A model generated the notes under the pieces. That model saw only the letters and a program-made list of their open reading frames with translations, made no database searches and was not told the origin of the DNA. Below are positions 1 through 12,895 of a stretch of DNA of 64,000 nucleotides, piece after piece. Position 1 is the first letter of the stretch. Every line of letters starts with the position of its first letter. The stretch spans positions 3,182,642 through 3,246,641 of the forward strand of contig NW_018408726.1 in the NCBI RefSeq assembly GCF_002113885.1, written 5' to 3'. A program made the translations under genes and the position numbers. This stretch comes from Mizuhopecten yessoensis (lineage: Eukaryota).

Positions 1-186
1 ACGCTTACAGCTAGCATTCAACAATTCTAGCAGTGCCCAACCACGTACTCATTTACAGCTGAGTAGTCTGGAACAAGCGGAGTAAAGTATCTTGCTCAAA
101 GATACAACACATTGCTGTGCCGTGACGCGAACCTGCAACCCTTCGGTCACGAGCCCGGCGTCCTACCACTGGAATACCGTGCCTCC
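1..186 (-). mobile_element. tRNA-derived SINE with CORE-like central region (3' part runs off window)
   Basis: Minus strand begins GGAGGCACGGTATTCCAGTGGTAGGACG (A box) ... GGTTCGCGTC (B-box-like), then TCTTTGAGCAAGATACTTTACTCC...CAGCTGTAAATGAGTAC. A closely similar second copy lies at 31650-31878. Confidence 0.8.
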
Positions 187-188
187 TT

Positions 189-657
189 ATGTTACTATCA
201 GTGACAAATGAAATTGAAGAGGTTACATGTAGATTGTGTGCGATAACTACCATTGATATTGTTTCATATTTACTTATTGAGTGTCCAGTGTTGTACCTTA
301 CACGCGATGCTTTACTTTATAAGGTTGTAAATGTAGTAAATGTCAGAGATTATGTAAAGTTTTCATTTCTTGAGGACAATTACTAAACGGATTTTCTATT
401 GGGAAGTCGTGCGCGCGTATAATTGGCTGATGACGAGTGGGAGAGTTTGATGCTGGTTGCAACTCCCACTCGTCAGGACGGAGTTGAGTTGCTGCTCTTC
501 GACATGAATTCAAGACTTTAAATTGAATGTGACCTGATATGAATTAAACTAAATAATCCGTATCTGAATCGGAAACTGTACTTATCATTTGTATTGTTTG
601 GTATTATTTTGAAATCTCTATCCAGAGGAAATAAATAATCTGTCTGTCTGTCTGTCT
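189..657 (+). mobile_element. 3' fragment of a non-LTR retrotransposon (C-terminal zinc-knuckle region plus tail)
   Basis: ORF 189-386 has CRLC...LIECP, a LINE ORF2 C-terminal zinc-finger-like motif. The segment ends in AATAAA followed by a (TCTG)n tail at 638-657. Confidence 0.6.
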
Positions 658-1404
658 ATGAGTGAAAACCTAACACAACTATGGGTATCAATAGCCTCGA
701 TACGTCAAGTCATTTGAAAGAGAAAATGTATAAAACTGAAAGAAAAAAGCACTACCCTAAGACAGGAGAAATCACCAAAAACTCCTCATATGTGTTGAGG
801 TCATTTCATTACGAACCGACCCCCTAGGAGAACTTACTATAGTCAGAGACGTATACATTACAATAATATATACGTCTCTGCTATGGTTTATACGGGGTTT
901 GTTTTGTCTTCACTATCTCTATACCTGCAAAGAATATATAGTTTCATACTTGGTTGGTAACGATAGCAAATAGAATACGTTTTTTATGGCATGGAACCTC
1001 GGGAATTCCTAAAAATGTCAGAAGTTGTTGAGATGAGAAGCATTGGTCGTGTTACAACAATGGCCATACCTTAAGTTCCTCAAGGAATCAAGGAATCTTG
1101 TTCCTGCCAAACACGTAGCTTAACCCCCGCCCCACCCAAACGCCAAGTTATTTATTTTGCTCATACGGAATTTGTCTTATTCTTAAATTTTATAATATTC
1201 TGCAGTAATCCATGCCATAGCTTGACAACTGAAATTGTAATCTTACTATACAATAATTGAAATAAGCGAGCATTAAAAAGAGTATGTCATTGACTGGCGT
1301 CTTTCTGTGTTCATCGTTCATGACGTCGATTCAAATCAAAGCGTTAAAACTTCAATAAGATATGCATATAATTCGATTTGGCTTCTTTTTATGTCATTTA
1401 AAAT

Positions 1405-1675
1405 GCGTTGTAACGTGTTTATTTCACGTTATTACTACTTTTAATTTCGCGTAATTACGTGTTTATTTCGCGTTATAACATGTTTATTTTACGTTATTAC
1501 GTTTTTATTTCACGTTATTAAGACTTTTAATATCGCGTTATTACGTGTTTATTTTGCGTTTTTACGTGATTTTTCGCGTTAATACATGTTTTGTTCGCGT
1601 CATTACGCGTTTTGTCGTGTTATAACGTGTTTGTTTGCGCAGTTACGTGTTCTTTCGCGTTATTACGACTTTACA
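1405..1675. repeat. degenerate ~21-bp tandem repeat (TTATTACGTGTTTATTTCGCG), probably internal to a non-autonomous element
   Basis: About 12 visibly related units. Confidence 0.65.
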
Positions 1676-3919
1676 GTATATTTATTTCTTATATGTGATC
1701 CTAATAGGCTTTCATAAATATAGATTATAAGCCACAAACAATATATATTTGGGGGTTTAGAAAATTACTGATGGAGTTTCGATTACGTCCAATTTTCGAC
1801 TGAATATTGTCATCATTGTTATATTATATTAAAAAATGACAAATTACCACAACTCTGATTTTTGCCGAATTTTTATATGATATTCTACATGCATTACAAT
1901 AAACACCTAATTAAGTTATGTATTCAACAAACATCCGAATTTTGTAGTTGAAAAACGCGCGCAATATATGCATGTATATATTTCAAAGCTGCACTTATAC
2001 AAAGGTTAAATACTGATTTTACCCTTTTTTCCGGTAAAGTGACTGAACTACTGGAATCGGGGCTGGTGAGGACCGTTAAGATAGGATAACTCGTCCGGAC
2101 TTCGAGCAGGTTTGGAATATTCTTTATTTCACCCCAACGGAATTATACTAGTGTAACGACCCGTAGAATAGTAGTTAGTATTAATTTTTATTTGGAAAGC
2201 GTTAATTTCTGATAAAGTTTAATGTTTTTGCTATTAAATTAACTTGAAACGTTTATTTTGTCATTAATATTTTAATTGCATTTAAAACTGTTCATTTTTA
2301 CAACAATGCATCTTGTCGCAATAATAAGTCTCAAGAGCTAATGTTCGTTGTTTACCTGTATGCGACGTTAAATAAAGTTTCTTGTATCTTGTATCTTGAG
2401 TTACTCTGCTCTGCGCACAACTACAATACTAAGATCGGAGTACTTTGGTTGTGACATTTAAAAAGTCAGCTGATAACACGTAACTGTGTTTGAAGTTACT
2501 TTTCAAATTTTGAACATTGTGTGGCAAATAGAATTTTACGTTGTTGTCCATTTCATATTGAATTTATTTAACTCTTTCAATAATTTGATACGACACTCGT
2601 CAAAAGGATCGTGTCATATAAAATTATTGAACAAGCTTAAGAAATTCAATATGACATGGATACTCACCTAAGATCCTTTATATATGTAAATATGCACCAC
2701 GTTAACCTAGCGTTATGTAAATTAATTATGTTGTAAATCAATGTATGTGTATTTTCATATTATTATTATGTTTGTATGTATTCTCCATTATTGTAGTCAA
2801 TACACGAGATTGATAATATCAATAAATAGTATGTAAGTTTTCAGTTATGAATATATGCGCTACTCTCCGGAAAGGTGATCATATCATGCCCACTAACAGT
2901 ACCACTTCATGTAGTCGATACTTTTGATTGCATGCTAAACATTTAATTTTTGTAGACATTTTTAGTTTTAATATATTGATGATTCATTCCGTTCTTGCAT
3001 TTAAAAGACTGTAGGAATTATTAAGACTCTTGAAAACAATACAAGGTTAATTAAATTGGTATCATCACACTGTTCAGTCCACATGTATCGCAAAATAAAC
3101 TGAACTCTGCATTTGTAATCCCCCCGGGCTTTTAATATAGATGTTATTGTATCAAATCTTTAAATTGATATGATGTAATGTAGCCAGAGCTACCTCTGCC
3201 TCTGGCTCCAACACCAGACACATTTCAGTTCCTTTGAAAAAAGCAAAACAGGTTGCTTATTTCATTCGGAGACACTGATCCCTAAAGGTAACTAATAGGA
3301 TCCCAGTAGAGTGATAACCAGCCCCCCTCCCTATCCTGGATACTCAGCAGATCTGTCCAGTGCCATTACTAAATATTGTCACAGCCAAAGTCAGTTGGTG
3401 ACAATTATAACGTGTGCTTGATAGAAATCTGCCTGACGCCAAGATCCTTTGTTGAAATTGTTGAAAAACCACAATTAGTCATCCCTGCCCTGAATTCACA
3501 TGTGAGGTCTTGATGTGTAATAAAGACGGTAACAAGTTAAAACAATTTGTATTTTTGTTCCCGTCTTATTTATTTTTTGTCTGGTTGAGTTATTGTTTTT
3601 GTAGTTTTGTTTGTTTGTTGCTTGTTTGAGGGGGAGGGGGCACGGATCTGCGCCTAAGTTGGATAATGTGAAAGAATCTTCGCCCTCGACTGAGAAAAAC
3701 CGATCCAGCTAAGTACTAGTAGTCATCCTCGATACTCCAGGGGTTACGATCACGTCCACTCTCTTTAGCCCTGCATTATGTCATGACCAAATCGAAGGCT
3801 CGGTGTACACTCCCTGAAGACAAGACAAGGAGGCTAGTTTGATCTTTGAATGTGAACCAAAAGAAATGTCCGGTAACGGTAAAATTGACTGACGTTTAGG
3901 ATGTTTAGTTTAGTCGATT

Positions 3920-5490
3920 TTATATCGCCGATAACACCACTACCAGATTCCAAGTCGTTTGTCATATCAATTTCAGATTTTATATCACCGATATCACCAC
4001 CACCACTATAGATTATAAATCACTGGCATCACTACTATATATTCTAAATCACTGGCATCACCACTACAGATTCTAAATCAATGGCATCACCACTACAGAT
4101 TATAAATCAATGGCATCACCACTACAGATTCTGAATCACTGGCATCACCACTACAGATTATAAATCACTGGCATCACCACTACAGATTCTAAATCACTGG
4201 TATCACCGCTACAGATTCTATATCGCCGATATCACCAGTACAGATTCTAAATCACTGGCATCACCACTACAGATTCTATATCGCCGATATCACCACTACA
4301 GATTCTAAATCACTTGCATCACCGCTACAGATTCTAAATCACTGGCATCACCAATACAGATTCTATATCGTTTTGCATATCCATTACAAATCTATATATC
4401 ACTGGCATCACCACTACAGATTCTATATCACTGGCATCACCACTACAGATTATAAATCACTGGCATCACCACTACAGATTCTAAATCACCGGCATCACCA
4501 CTACAGATTCTATATCACTGGCATCACCACTACAGATTATAAATCACTGGCATCACCACTACAGATTCTATATCACCGGCATCACCACTACAGATTCTAT
4601 ATCACTGGCATCACCACTACAGATTATAAATCACTGGCATCACCACTACAGATTCTATATCACCGGCATCACCACTACAGATTCTATATCACTGGCATCA
4701 CCACTACAGATTATAAATCACTGGCATCACCACTACAGATTCTATATCACCGGCATCACCACTACAGATTCTATATCACTGGCATCACCACTACAGATTA
4801 TAAATCACTGGCATCACCACTACAGATTCTATATCACCGGCATCACCACTACAGATTCTATATCACTGGCATCACCACTACAGATTATAAATCACTGGCA
4901 TCACCACTACAGATTCTATATCACCGGCATCACCACTACAGATTCTATATCACTGGCATCACCACTACAGATTATAAATCACTGGCATCACCACTACAGA
5001 TTCTAAATCACTGGCATCACCACTACAGATTCTATATCACTGGCATCACCACTACAGATTCTATATCACTGGCATCACCACTACAGATTCTATATCACTG
5101 GCATCACCACAACAGATTCTATATCACTGGCATCACCACAACAGATTCTATATCACTGGCATCACCACTACAGATTCTAAATCACTGGCATCACCACTAC
5201 AGATTCTAAATCACTGGCATCACCACTACAGATTCTATATCACTGGCATCACCACTACAGATTCTATATCACTGGCATCACCACTACAGATTCTATATCA
5301 CTGGCATCACCACTACAGATTCTATATCACTGGCATCACCACAACAGATTCTATATCACTGGCATCACCACAACAGATTCTATATCACTGGCATCACCAC
5401 TACAGATTCTAAATCACTGGCATCACCACTACAGATTCTATATCGTTTTGCATGTCCATTACAAATCTATATATCACTGACATCACCAAA
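3920..5490. repeat. 29-bp minisatellite (ATCACTGGCATCACCACTACAGATTCTAT) with an 87-bp higher-order block
   Basis: 29-bp period read directly. ORF 4373-5209 is a by-product of the array. Confidence 0.97.
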
Positions 5491-5892
5491 ACTGTTTATT
5501 ACACCTTTAAAGCCACTACAGATTTTCGTCAATATAATGATTCTTAAAAGTGTTTTACGGCATTGTCCTTTTATCGTTATTTTTCCGATGATTCAAATTA
5601 ACAAACCGATCAGTGAGCGCTCAATATCCACTGTTTGGATATTTGTGAATACATGCTTGCGATATACATATGCGGTATTTTGATTCGTATTTGCGCATCT
5701 CTGCGATGTAACGTAAAAATGAAATTTTCTTGGAATATCGGTCATTTTCAGTAAACAATACACATTGCTTCGTAGAAGCATGTTTGCACGTTGAGCAAAC
5801 CCCAAAAGACTTGTAAGGAAACAAGACATTCATAAATATACCTTAAATCAACGCAGGTGCCATTGTTTTGTCATACTTTTAATATTTTTCAT

Positions 5893-6051
5893 TTATAATT
5901 GTTGATCCTCCCAGTGAGGCCAGAACTGTTCCTTTATTCTATTGATGTAATCCAGTACATTTGAACATTCCTCTTGTATGACCGTCTTCATTGGAAAATC
6001 CAACGGCACAAATATTATCTGGGCAAGAAAACCAAATAATGTACAGTCAAT
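5893..6051 (-). CDS. FAXC: FAX-like protein exon 5 (IDCTLFGFLAQ...FWPHWEDQQL*)
   Basis: Acceptor TTCACAG, phase 0. Contains GST-C-type DCTLFGFLAQ and YINRIKEQFWPHW motifs. Stop TAA at 5893-5895. Confidence 0.93.
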   Translation of the reverse strand: MDCTLFGFLAQIIFVPLDFPMKTVIQEECSNVLDYINRIKEQFWPHWEDQQL

Positions 6052-6109
6052 CTGTGAATGAAAATAGATGACACAACTTAGACATACAACTTATAGATGC
6101 TTCGCGTTT

Positions 6110-6810
6110 GTAAAAACAGAGGTTGTGACTGGTTCACAATTGTATGAACAGAGGATGTGGCTGGTTCACGATTGTATAGACAGAGGTTGTGTCTGGTTCA
6201 TGTTTGCATAAACAGAGGTTGTGGCTGGGTCATGTTTGTATAAACAGAGGTTGTGGCTGGTTCATGTTTGTATAAACAGAGGTTGTGGCTGGTTCACGTT
6301 TGTATAAACAGAGGTTGTGACTGGTTCACGATTGTATAAACAGAGGTTGTTTCATGTTCACGTTTGTATAAAAAGAAGTTGTGACTGGTTCATGTTTGTA
6401 TAAACAGGGGTTGTGGCTGGTTCATGTTTGTATAAACAGAGGTTGTGGCTGGTTCATGTTTGTATAAACAGAGGTTGTGGCTGGTTCATGTTTGTATAAA
6501 CAGAGGTTGTGGCTGGTTCACGTTTGTATAAACAGAGGTTGTGGCTGGTTCACGATTGTATAAACAGAGGTTGTTTCATGTCCACGTTTGTATAAAAAGA
6601 AGTTGTGACTGGTTCATGTTTGTATAAACAGGGGTTGTGGCTGGTTCATGTTTGTATAAACAGAGGTTGTGGCTGGTTCATGTTTGTATAAACAGAGGTT
6701 GTGGTTGGTTAACGTTTGTATAAACAGAGGTTGTGGCTGGTTCATGTTTGTATAAACAGAGGTTGTGGTTGGTTCACGTTGTATAAACAGAGGTTGTGGC
6801 TGGTTCACGT
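6110..6810. repeat. 32-bp minisatellite (GTATAAACAGAGGTTGTGGCTGGTTCATGTTT) in FAX intron 4
   Basis: About 21 units, period 32. Confidence 0.97.
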
Positions 6811-7291
6811 TGGCTGTCGATATTTAACATTTATACAAACGTGTAGTGAATGTTCTCTGAGAGTCATCTGCTATACATATAGCTAACGGACAACATATGA
6901 GCGACAAGGATAATCAATGCTGATATATCATGCTTAGATGATAGTGCCACCAAATCAATAACATTGAATTCCATATTTAAAACATTTTATACCATCCTTT
7001 TTAGATTGATAATCTTATTTTTTCGCAAATGTGGATAGATAGTATGCATTCCTTCCTTGAGAATATGATAGAAAAACTTTGATAAAAAAGGTTAAGATTT
7101 CGTTGCCGCACAGTTCTCATAGTAAAATTTAGTTTCAGAGAAATAGAACTGTCACCAAGCTATACTAAGAAGTTTGTTAAAACCTAAGGGATCACAGAGA
7201 ATACACTGGCTGCTATAATTGAAATACAATAATTGAAGGTTTCAAGGAATATTCTTCATATGTATATTAAGGTTTATTTCTTCGTAATTAC

Positions 7292-7429
7292 CAATGATGG
7301 CGTATCTCCAAGGAAGTACTTCTTTTCCCCAAGGTAGGTAGATATAGCTCTGATGTCGTCACTTCCTATTTTGTAAATTTCTTCGCTACTATGATGACCA
7401 ATTCCATGCTTCCATGCTCTGTCTTTTAC
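7292..7429 (-). CDS. FAXC: FAX-like protein exon 4 (VKDRAWKHGIGHHSSEEI...LGEKKYFLGDTPSL)
   Basis: TTTTAG acceptor and GTAATT donor; 138 nt, phase 0/0. FAX-family motifs HGIGxHSxEEI and LGxKKYFLGDxP. Confidence 0.95.
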
Positions 7430-7786
7430 CTAAAATGAAAACTATTACCTGTTAATCCCTTCCTCTACAAAAAATCACCCTGCAGGTTTGTGGAAAGAAT
7501 ATGCCTGCTGTGTCCCAATGCGTGTCCTATAATGCTTCCTATTTGGTGCCCTGACAAATCGGGGTTTTTCTTCGGTGTTGTCTGCTAAATGGACATTGAA
7601 GAAGCTCATATGAATCTAATGCCCCCATTCCAACATTTTTTAAAATTAACATAATCTTTCTATTTTCACTTATTTTTCATTTTCTTCTGCCTTGATTCGC
7701 AATACCTCACTTTTTGCCGTATTGTTGAACGTTTATCCAAGTGAGGAAGGCAATGTGTTATCAGTGTATTCAGGCGATCAACTTAC

Positions 7787-7898
7787 GCTGCTGGACAGAC
7801 CGGCCCCGACCTTTTCTTGCATCTCCTCTGGTACTTGGAATTTAAGGTAGTTTCTGTACTCTGTCATATGTTCAACGTACCGGTACCAGAATATCGAC
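7787..7898 (-). CDS. FAXC: FAX-like protein exon 3 (SIFWYRYVEHM...GAGLSSS)
   Basis: AAG acceptor and GTAAGT donor. The 112 nt complete the split TG|G Trp codon from exon 2 and end in phase 0. Confidence 0.9.
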
Positions 7899-8184
7899 CT
7901 TATATAGTGCAATAGAATAAACAGAATAAATATATAAATAAATAAATAATAATAATAATAATAGTTTCAAAGAAATAAGATATTTCTGGAATATTTACAT
8001 TTCGTTATTTTTTACTGTCCTTTAGTGTTTAGAATACAATTTGTATGTCGTCATTTTAACTGTACGTAACTGCTTAGATTACAATATGTCGGGCAATATT
8101 TACAATGTTTGGATTGTTCCTTAGAATTTTAAATGTCCATTCCGTCCGTCTATGTTTCGATTATCCCTTATTGATTTAGACTCT

Positions 8185-11100
8185 CCGTAGTGTTTGTGTA
8201 CTGTTCGTGAGTGTTTGTACTGTCCGTGAGTGTTGGTATTGTCTGTGAGTGTTTGTCCTGTCTGTGAGTGTGTGTACTGTCTGTGAGTGTTTGTAGTGTC
8301 CGTGGGTGTTTGTACCGTCTGTGAGTGTTTGTACTGTCCGTGAGTGTGTGTACTGTCTGTGAGTTTTTGTACTGTCCGTGGGTGTTGTACTGTCAGTGAG
8401 TGTTTGTACTGTCTGTGAGTGTGTGTACTCTCCGTGAGTGTGTGTACTGTCCGTGGTTGTTTGTACCGTCTGTGAGTGTTTGTACTGTCAGTGAGTGTGT
8501 GTACTGTCCGTGAGTGTTTGTACCGTCTGTGAGTGTTTGTACTGTCAGTGAGTGTGTGTACTGTCTGTGAGTGTGTGTACTGTCTGTGAGTGTGTGTACT
8601 GTCTGTGAGTGTTTGTAGTGTCCGTGGGTGTTTGTACCGTCTGTGAGTGTTTGTACTGTCCGTGAGTGTGTGTACTGTCTGTGAGTGTTTGTAGTGTCCG
8701 TGGGTGTTTGTACCGTCTGTGAGTGTTTGTACTGTCAGTGAGTGTTTGTACTGTCCGTGAGGGTGTGTACTGTCCGTGAATTTTGTACTGTCAGTGAGTG
8801 TGTGTACTGTCTGTGAGTGTGTGTACTGTCTGTGAGTGTTTGTACTGTCCCTGAGTGTTTGTACTGTCTGTGAGTGTTTGTAGTGTCCGTGGGTGTTTGT
8901 ACCGTCTGTGAGTGTTTGTACTGTCAGTGAGTGTTTGTACTGCCAGTGAGTGTGTGTACTGTCTGTGAGTGTTTGTAGTGTCCGTGGGTGTTTGTACCGT
9001 CTGTGAGTGTTTGTACTGTCAGTGAGTGTGTGTACTGTCTGTGAGTGTGTGTACTGTCTGTGAGTGTGTGTACTGTCTGTGAGTGTGTGTACTGTCTGTG
9101 AGTGTGTGTACTGTCTGTGAGTGTGTGTACTGTCTGTGAGTGTTTGTATTGTCCGTGGGTGTTTGTACTGTCCGTGAGTGTGTGTACTGTCTGTGAGTGT
9201 TTGTATTGTCCGTGGGTGTTTGTACTGTCCGTGAGTGTGTGTACTGTCCATGAATGTGTGTACTGTCTGTGAGTGTGTGTACTGTCTGTGAGTGTGTGTA
9301 CTGTCTGTGAGTGTGTGTACTGTCTGTGAGTGTTTGTATTGTCCGTGGGTGTTTGTACTGTCCGTGAGTGTGTGTACTGTCCGTGAATTTTGTACTGTCA
9401 GTGAGTGTGTGTACTGTCCGTGAATAAGTGTACTGTCCGTGAGTGTTTGTACTGTCAGTGAGTGTTTGTACTGTCCGTGAGTGTGTGTACTGTCCGTGAA
9501 TTTTGTACTGTCAGTGAGTGTGTGTACTGTCCGTGAATGTGTGTACTGTCCGTGAGTGTTTGTACTGTCCGTGAGTGTTTGTACTGTCTGTGAGTGTTTG
9601 TACTGTCTGTGAGTGTGTGTACTCTCCGTGAGTGTGTGTACTGTCCGTGGGTGTTTGTACCGTCTGTGAGTGTTTGTACTGTCAGTGAGTGTTTGTACTG
9701 CCTGTGAGTGTGTGTACTGTCTGTGAGTGTTTGTACTGTCCGTGAGTGTTTCTGTCCGTGAGTGTTTGTACTGTCCCTGAGTGTTTGTACTGTCCGTGAG
9801 TGTTTGTACTGTCTGTGAGTGTGTGTACTGTCTGTGAGTGTTTGTACTGTCTGTGAGTGTTTCTACTGTCTGTGAGTGTCCGTGAGTGTTTGTACTGTCC
9901 GTGAGTGTTTGTACTGTCCGTGAGTGTTTCTGTCCGTGAGTGTTTGTACTGTCCCTGAGTGTTTGTACTGTCCGTGAGTGTTTGTACTGTCCGTGAGTGT
10001 TTGTACTGTCCGTGAGTGTGTGTACTGTCCGTGAGTGTTGGTACTGTCTGTCAGTGTTTGTACTGTCCGTGAGTGTTTCTACCGTCCGTGAGTGTTTGTA
10101 CTGTCAGTGAGTGTTTGTACTGTTCGTGAGTGTTTGTACTGTCAGTGAGTGTTTGTACTGTCAGTGAGTGTGTGTACTGTCCGTGAGTGTGCGTACTGTC
10201 CGTGAGTGTTTGTACTGTCAGTGAGTGTGTGTACTGTCCGTGAGTGTTTGTATTGTCTGTGAGTGTTTGTACTGTTTGTGAGTGTTTGTACTGTCCGTGA
10301 GTGTTTGCACTGTCCGTGAGTGTTTGTACTGTCCGGGAGTGTTTGTACTGTCCGTGAGTGTTTGTACTGTTTGTGACTGTTTGTACTGTCTGTGACTGTT
10401 TGTACTGTCCGTGAGTGTTGGTACTGGCTGCGAGTGTGTGTACTGTCCGTGAGGGTGTGTACTGTCCGTGAGTGTTTGTACTGTTCGTGGGTGTTTGTAC
10501 TGTCAGTGAGTGTTTGTTCTGTTCGTGAGTGTTTGTACTGTCTGTGAGTGTTTGTCCTGTCCGTGAGTGTTTGTACTGTCCGTGGGTGTTTGTACTGTCA
10601 GTGAGTGTTTGTTCTGTTCGTGAGTGTTTGTACTGTCTGTGAGTGTTTGTACTGTCGGTGAGTGTTGGTACTGTCTGTGAGTGTGTGTACTGTGAGTGTT
10701 TGTACTGTCTGTGAGTGTGTGTACTGTCCGTGAGTGTTTGTACTGTCGGTGAGTGTTGGTACTGTCTGTGAGTGTGCGTACTGTCCGTGAGTGTGTGTAC
10801 TGTCTGTGAGTGTTTGTACTGTCTGTGAGTTTGTATACTGTCTGTGAGTGTTTGTACTGTTTGTGAGTGTTTGTACTGTCCGTGAGTGTGGGTACTGTCC
10901 GTGAGTGTTTGTACTGTCGGTGAGTGTTGGTACTGTCTGTGAGTGTGTGTACTGACCGTGAGTGTGTGTACTGTCCGTGAGTGTTTGTACTGTCTGTGAG
11001 TGTGTGTACTGTCCGTGAGTGTTGGTACTGTTTGTGACTGTTTGTACTGTCTGTGAGTGTTTGTACTGTCCGTGAGTGTTGGTACTGTCTGTGAGTGTGT

Positions 11101-11345
11101 GTACTGTCCGTGATTGTTTGCACTGTCTGTGAGTGTGTGTACTGTGAGTGTTTGTACTGTTTGTGACTGTTTGTACTGTCCGTGAGTTTTTGTACTGTCT
11201 GTGAGTGTTTGTACTGTCCGTGAGTGTTTGTACTGTCCGTGAGTGTTGGTACTGTTCGTGGGTGTTTGTACTGTCTGTGAGTGTAGGTACTCTCCGTGAG
11301 TGTTTTTAATGTCCGTGATTGTTTGTACTGTCCGTGAGTGTTTGG
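8185..11345. repeat. 19-bp minisatellite (GTGAGTGTTTGTACTGTCC), ~3.1 kb, in FAX intron 2
   Basis: Period 19. It explains ORFs 8121-9251, 10051-11352 and 10503-11123. Confidence 0.98.
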
Positions 11346-11491
11346 ACTGCATGTAATTTTGTTTTGTTTTGCAATATTCCCTCGTTTGATAGTGTTTTTT
11401 CTACATTTTCAAAAAAAGCCAGTGCATTACACACAGCGTAACATGTACATGTAAGGATTGGTTCATTCAGCTTAAATAAATTTGATAATAC

Positions 11492-11688
11492 CATGTTGTG
11501 TTTTCCTCCACCATCTTTAGAAATGATCGACCCACCGCCTTTTGTTCAGGATTCATTCCTGGGTATGTATCCTTTTTGAAATATTTTGATAAATATTCAA
11601 TGATGAAGTTGGAGTCTGGCATTTCCTCTTCGTTAAACATTATAAAGGGAGATTGTTTTTTGCTTGAAAACCCCATGTGATCAATAAT
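11492..11688 (-). CDS. FAXC: FAX-like protein exon 2 (IIDHMGFSSKKQSPFIMFNEEEMPDSNFIIEYL...MVEENTTW)
   Basis: TTTTATAG acceptor and GTATTA donor; 197 nt. GST-N motif PFIxxNxEExPDSxFIIEYL. Confidence 0.95.
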
Positions 11689-12608
11689 CTATAAAATAAA
11701 AAAACGTAAAACATATAATTGTTAGTTATTTTTATCTCTTGTAAATTCATATAACGTAAATATACAATGATGGACTTGTGTAGGTTAAAACGAGGATTTG
11801 TCGACCTTAAAAACGTGGTAAGTGTTTCCCCTGGACCTTGGGCTCAACGAATATAACATTTCTCGAGTCGATTAATCCTCGTGTAAGACTATATAATGTT
11901 ACATAAACAGACGGGGCCACACTTTATCATCTATATACTACTTTATACCACCTACCGGTACCATGATAAATTCATTATTATTGGTTGTCGGTATGAGAAG
12001 AAGTTGAGAACGATTTGAGAACAACTTGAGAAGAACTTGAGAACGGCTTTTCCCATTCCACAGCACTTGGGAACGCATTTCGCAAAAAAGAACGTATGCT
12101 TGCGCCAGATGACGCATGAAACCGGAATTAGTGTCCTTACAAAAGTGATCCGCGTAAGAAAATAGGGTGTCATAAACATATGAAAACAAAGTTACGGAAA
12201 AATATTGTGAGAATAACAACACCATTTTAGGTGAAAATGTGCATATGGAAAAGCCAATGACGATAGGATTATTTTAAAAATATTTTTTTCCATGTAATTT
12301 AAAGGTTCATTGTATTCCTCCGCGCAAAACTTCTATTTGTTTACGTTTGTCACAGGCGATCGTTGACCATTGAACTTAGAAGTCATTTGGAAAACATGTA
12401 CAAATGTATAAGGTAGTAGTATATAGATGATAAATAGTTTATCATACAGTATTTGCAGTATTTGTCGTTTGAACAATTTTCTCATCGCTCGCACGTAGAT
12501 AAAATCGAGAGGCCACCGCAGGTGGACTCGAGTGTTTGTACTGCATCAATGAGGCAGAGCAGACAAGAGAAAAAGAGAAAATACAATGGGTACATAGCAC
12601 TGTATTAC

Positions 12609-12773
12609 CTCATAGGATATATCGTTCATCCTCAGCCACGTCTCTAACTTCATGGCGAATGGTGATATGTTTGGAACACATTTCGCCATTGCTCTTGGAA
12701 ACACATGAAGATACACGACATCTGTCTTCCACTCCGACTTCCACTGCACTTTGGCCCCATCAGTCTCTGCCAT
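12609..12773 (-). CDS. FAXC: FAX-like (failed axon connections homolog, metaxin/GST superfamily) exon 1; spliced product 256 aa
   Basis: MAETD...WKTDVVYLHVFPR...PNISPFAMKLETWLRMNDISYE matches the FAX N-terminal signature (DxVYLxQFPR, SPFxxKLETWLR). Donor GTAATA. Confidence 0.95.
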
Positions 12774-12852
12774 TCTACTGCAATGGAACATTGGTGTACA
12801 TATCAACATTTATTTGACAAAGAGCTATGGCGGGTCCCCAAAGGTGAGACTG

Positions 12853-12895
12853 CTATATAGTGCGCGCGTGCAACCGTGTACTGTTATGACGCGTC
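12853..12895 (-). promoter_or_regulatory. putative FAX core promoter: TATA-like box, two overlapping MRE-consensus sites and a TGACG half-site
   Basis: CTATATAG at 12853-12860, ~80 nt upstream of the ATG. TGCGCGC (+, 12861-12867) and TGCACGC (-, 12866-12872) fit TGCRCNC. Confidence 0.5.

Noticed and set aside
425-478. 13-bp hairpin TGACGAGTGGGAG/CTCCCACTCGTCA with CTGA(T/C)GA as a hammerhead ribozyme or SECIS
   Set aside because: No correctly placed GAAA core or SECIS quartet/AA loop; it lies inside a LINE fragment.
2152-2456. Possible solo LTR (TGTAAC...GTGACA)
   Set aside because: No TSD or second copy; the internal AATAAA plus (CTTGTAT)n looks more like a LINE tail.
3175-3520. Possible DIRS/RNase H-like fragment on the minus strand
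   Set aside because: Only vague motif resemblance with many stops; unsupported without a database search.
4373-5209. 278-aa His/Thr-rich ORF
   Set aside because: Translation of the 29-bp minisatellite; no ATG start, signal peptide or splice context.
8121-11352. Long Thr/His/Gln-rich ORFs (376, 433 and 206 aa)
   Set aside because: Stop-free translation of the intronic 19-bp array; the flanking FAX exons splice in frame without it.
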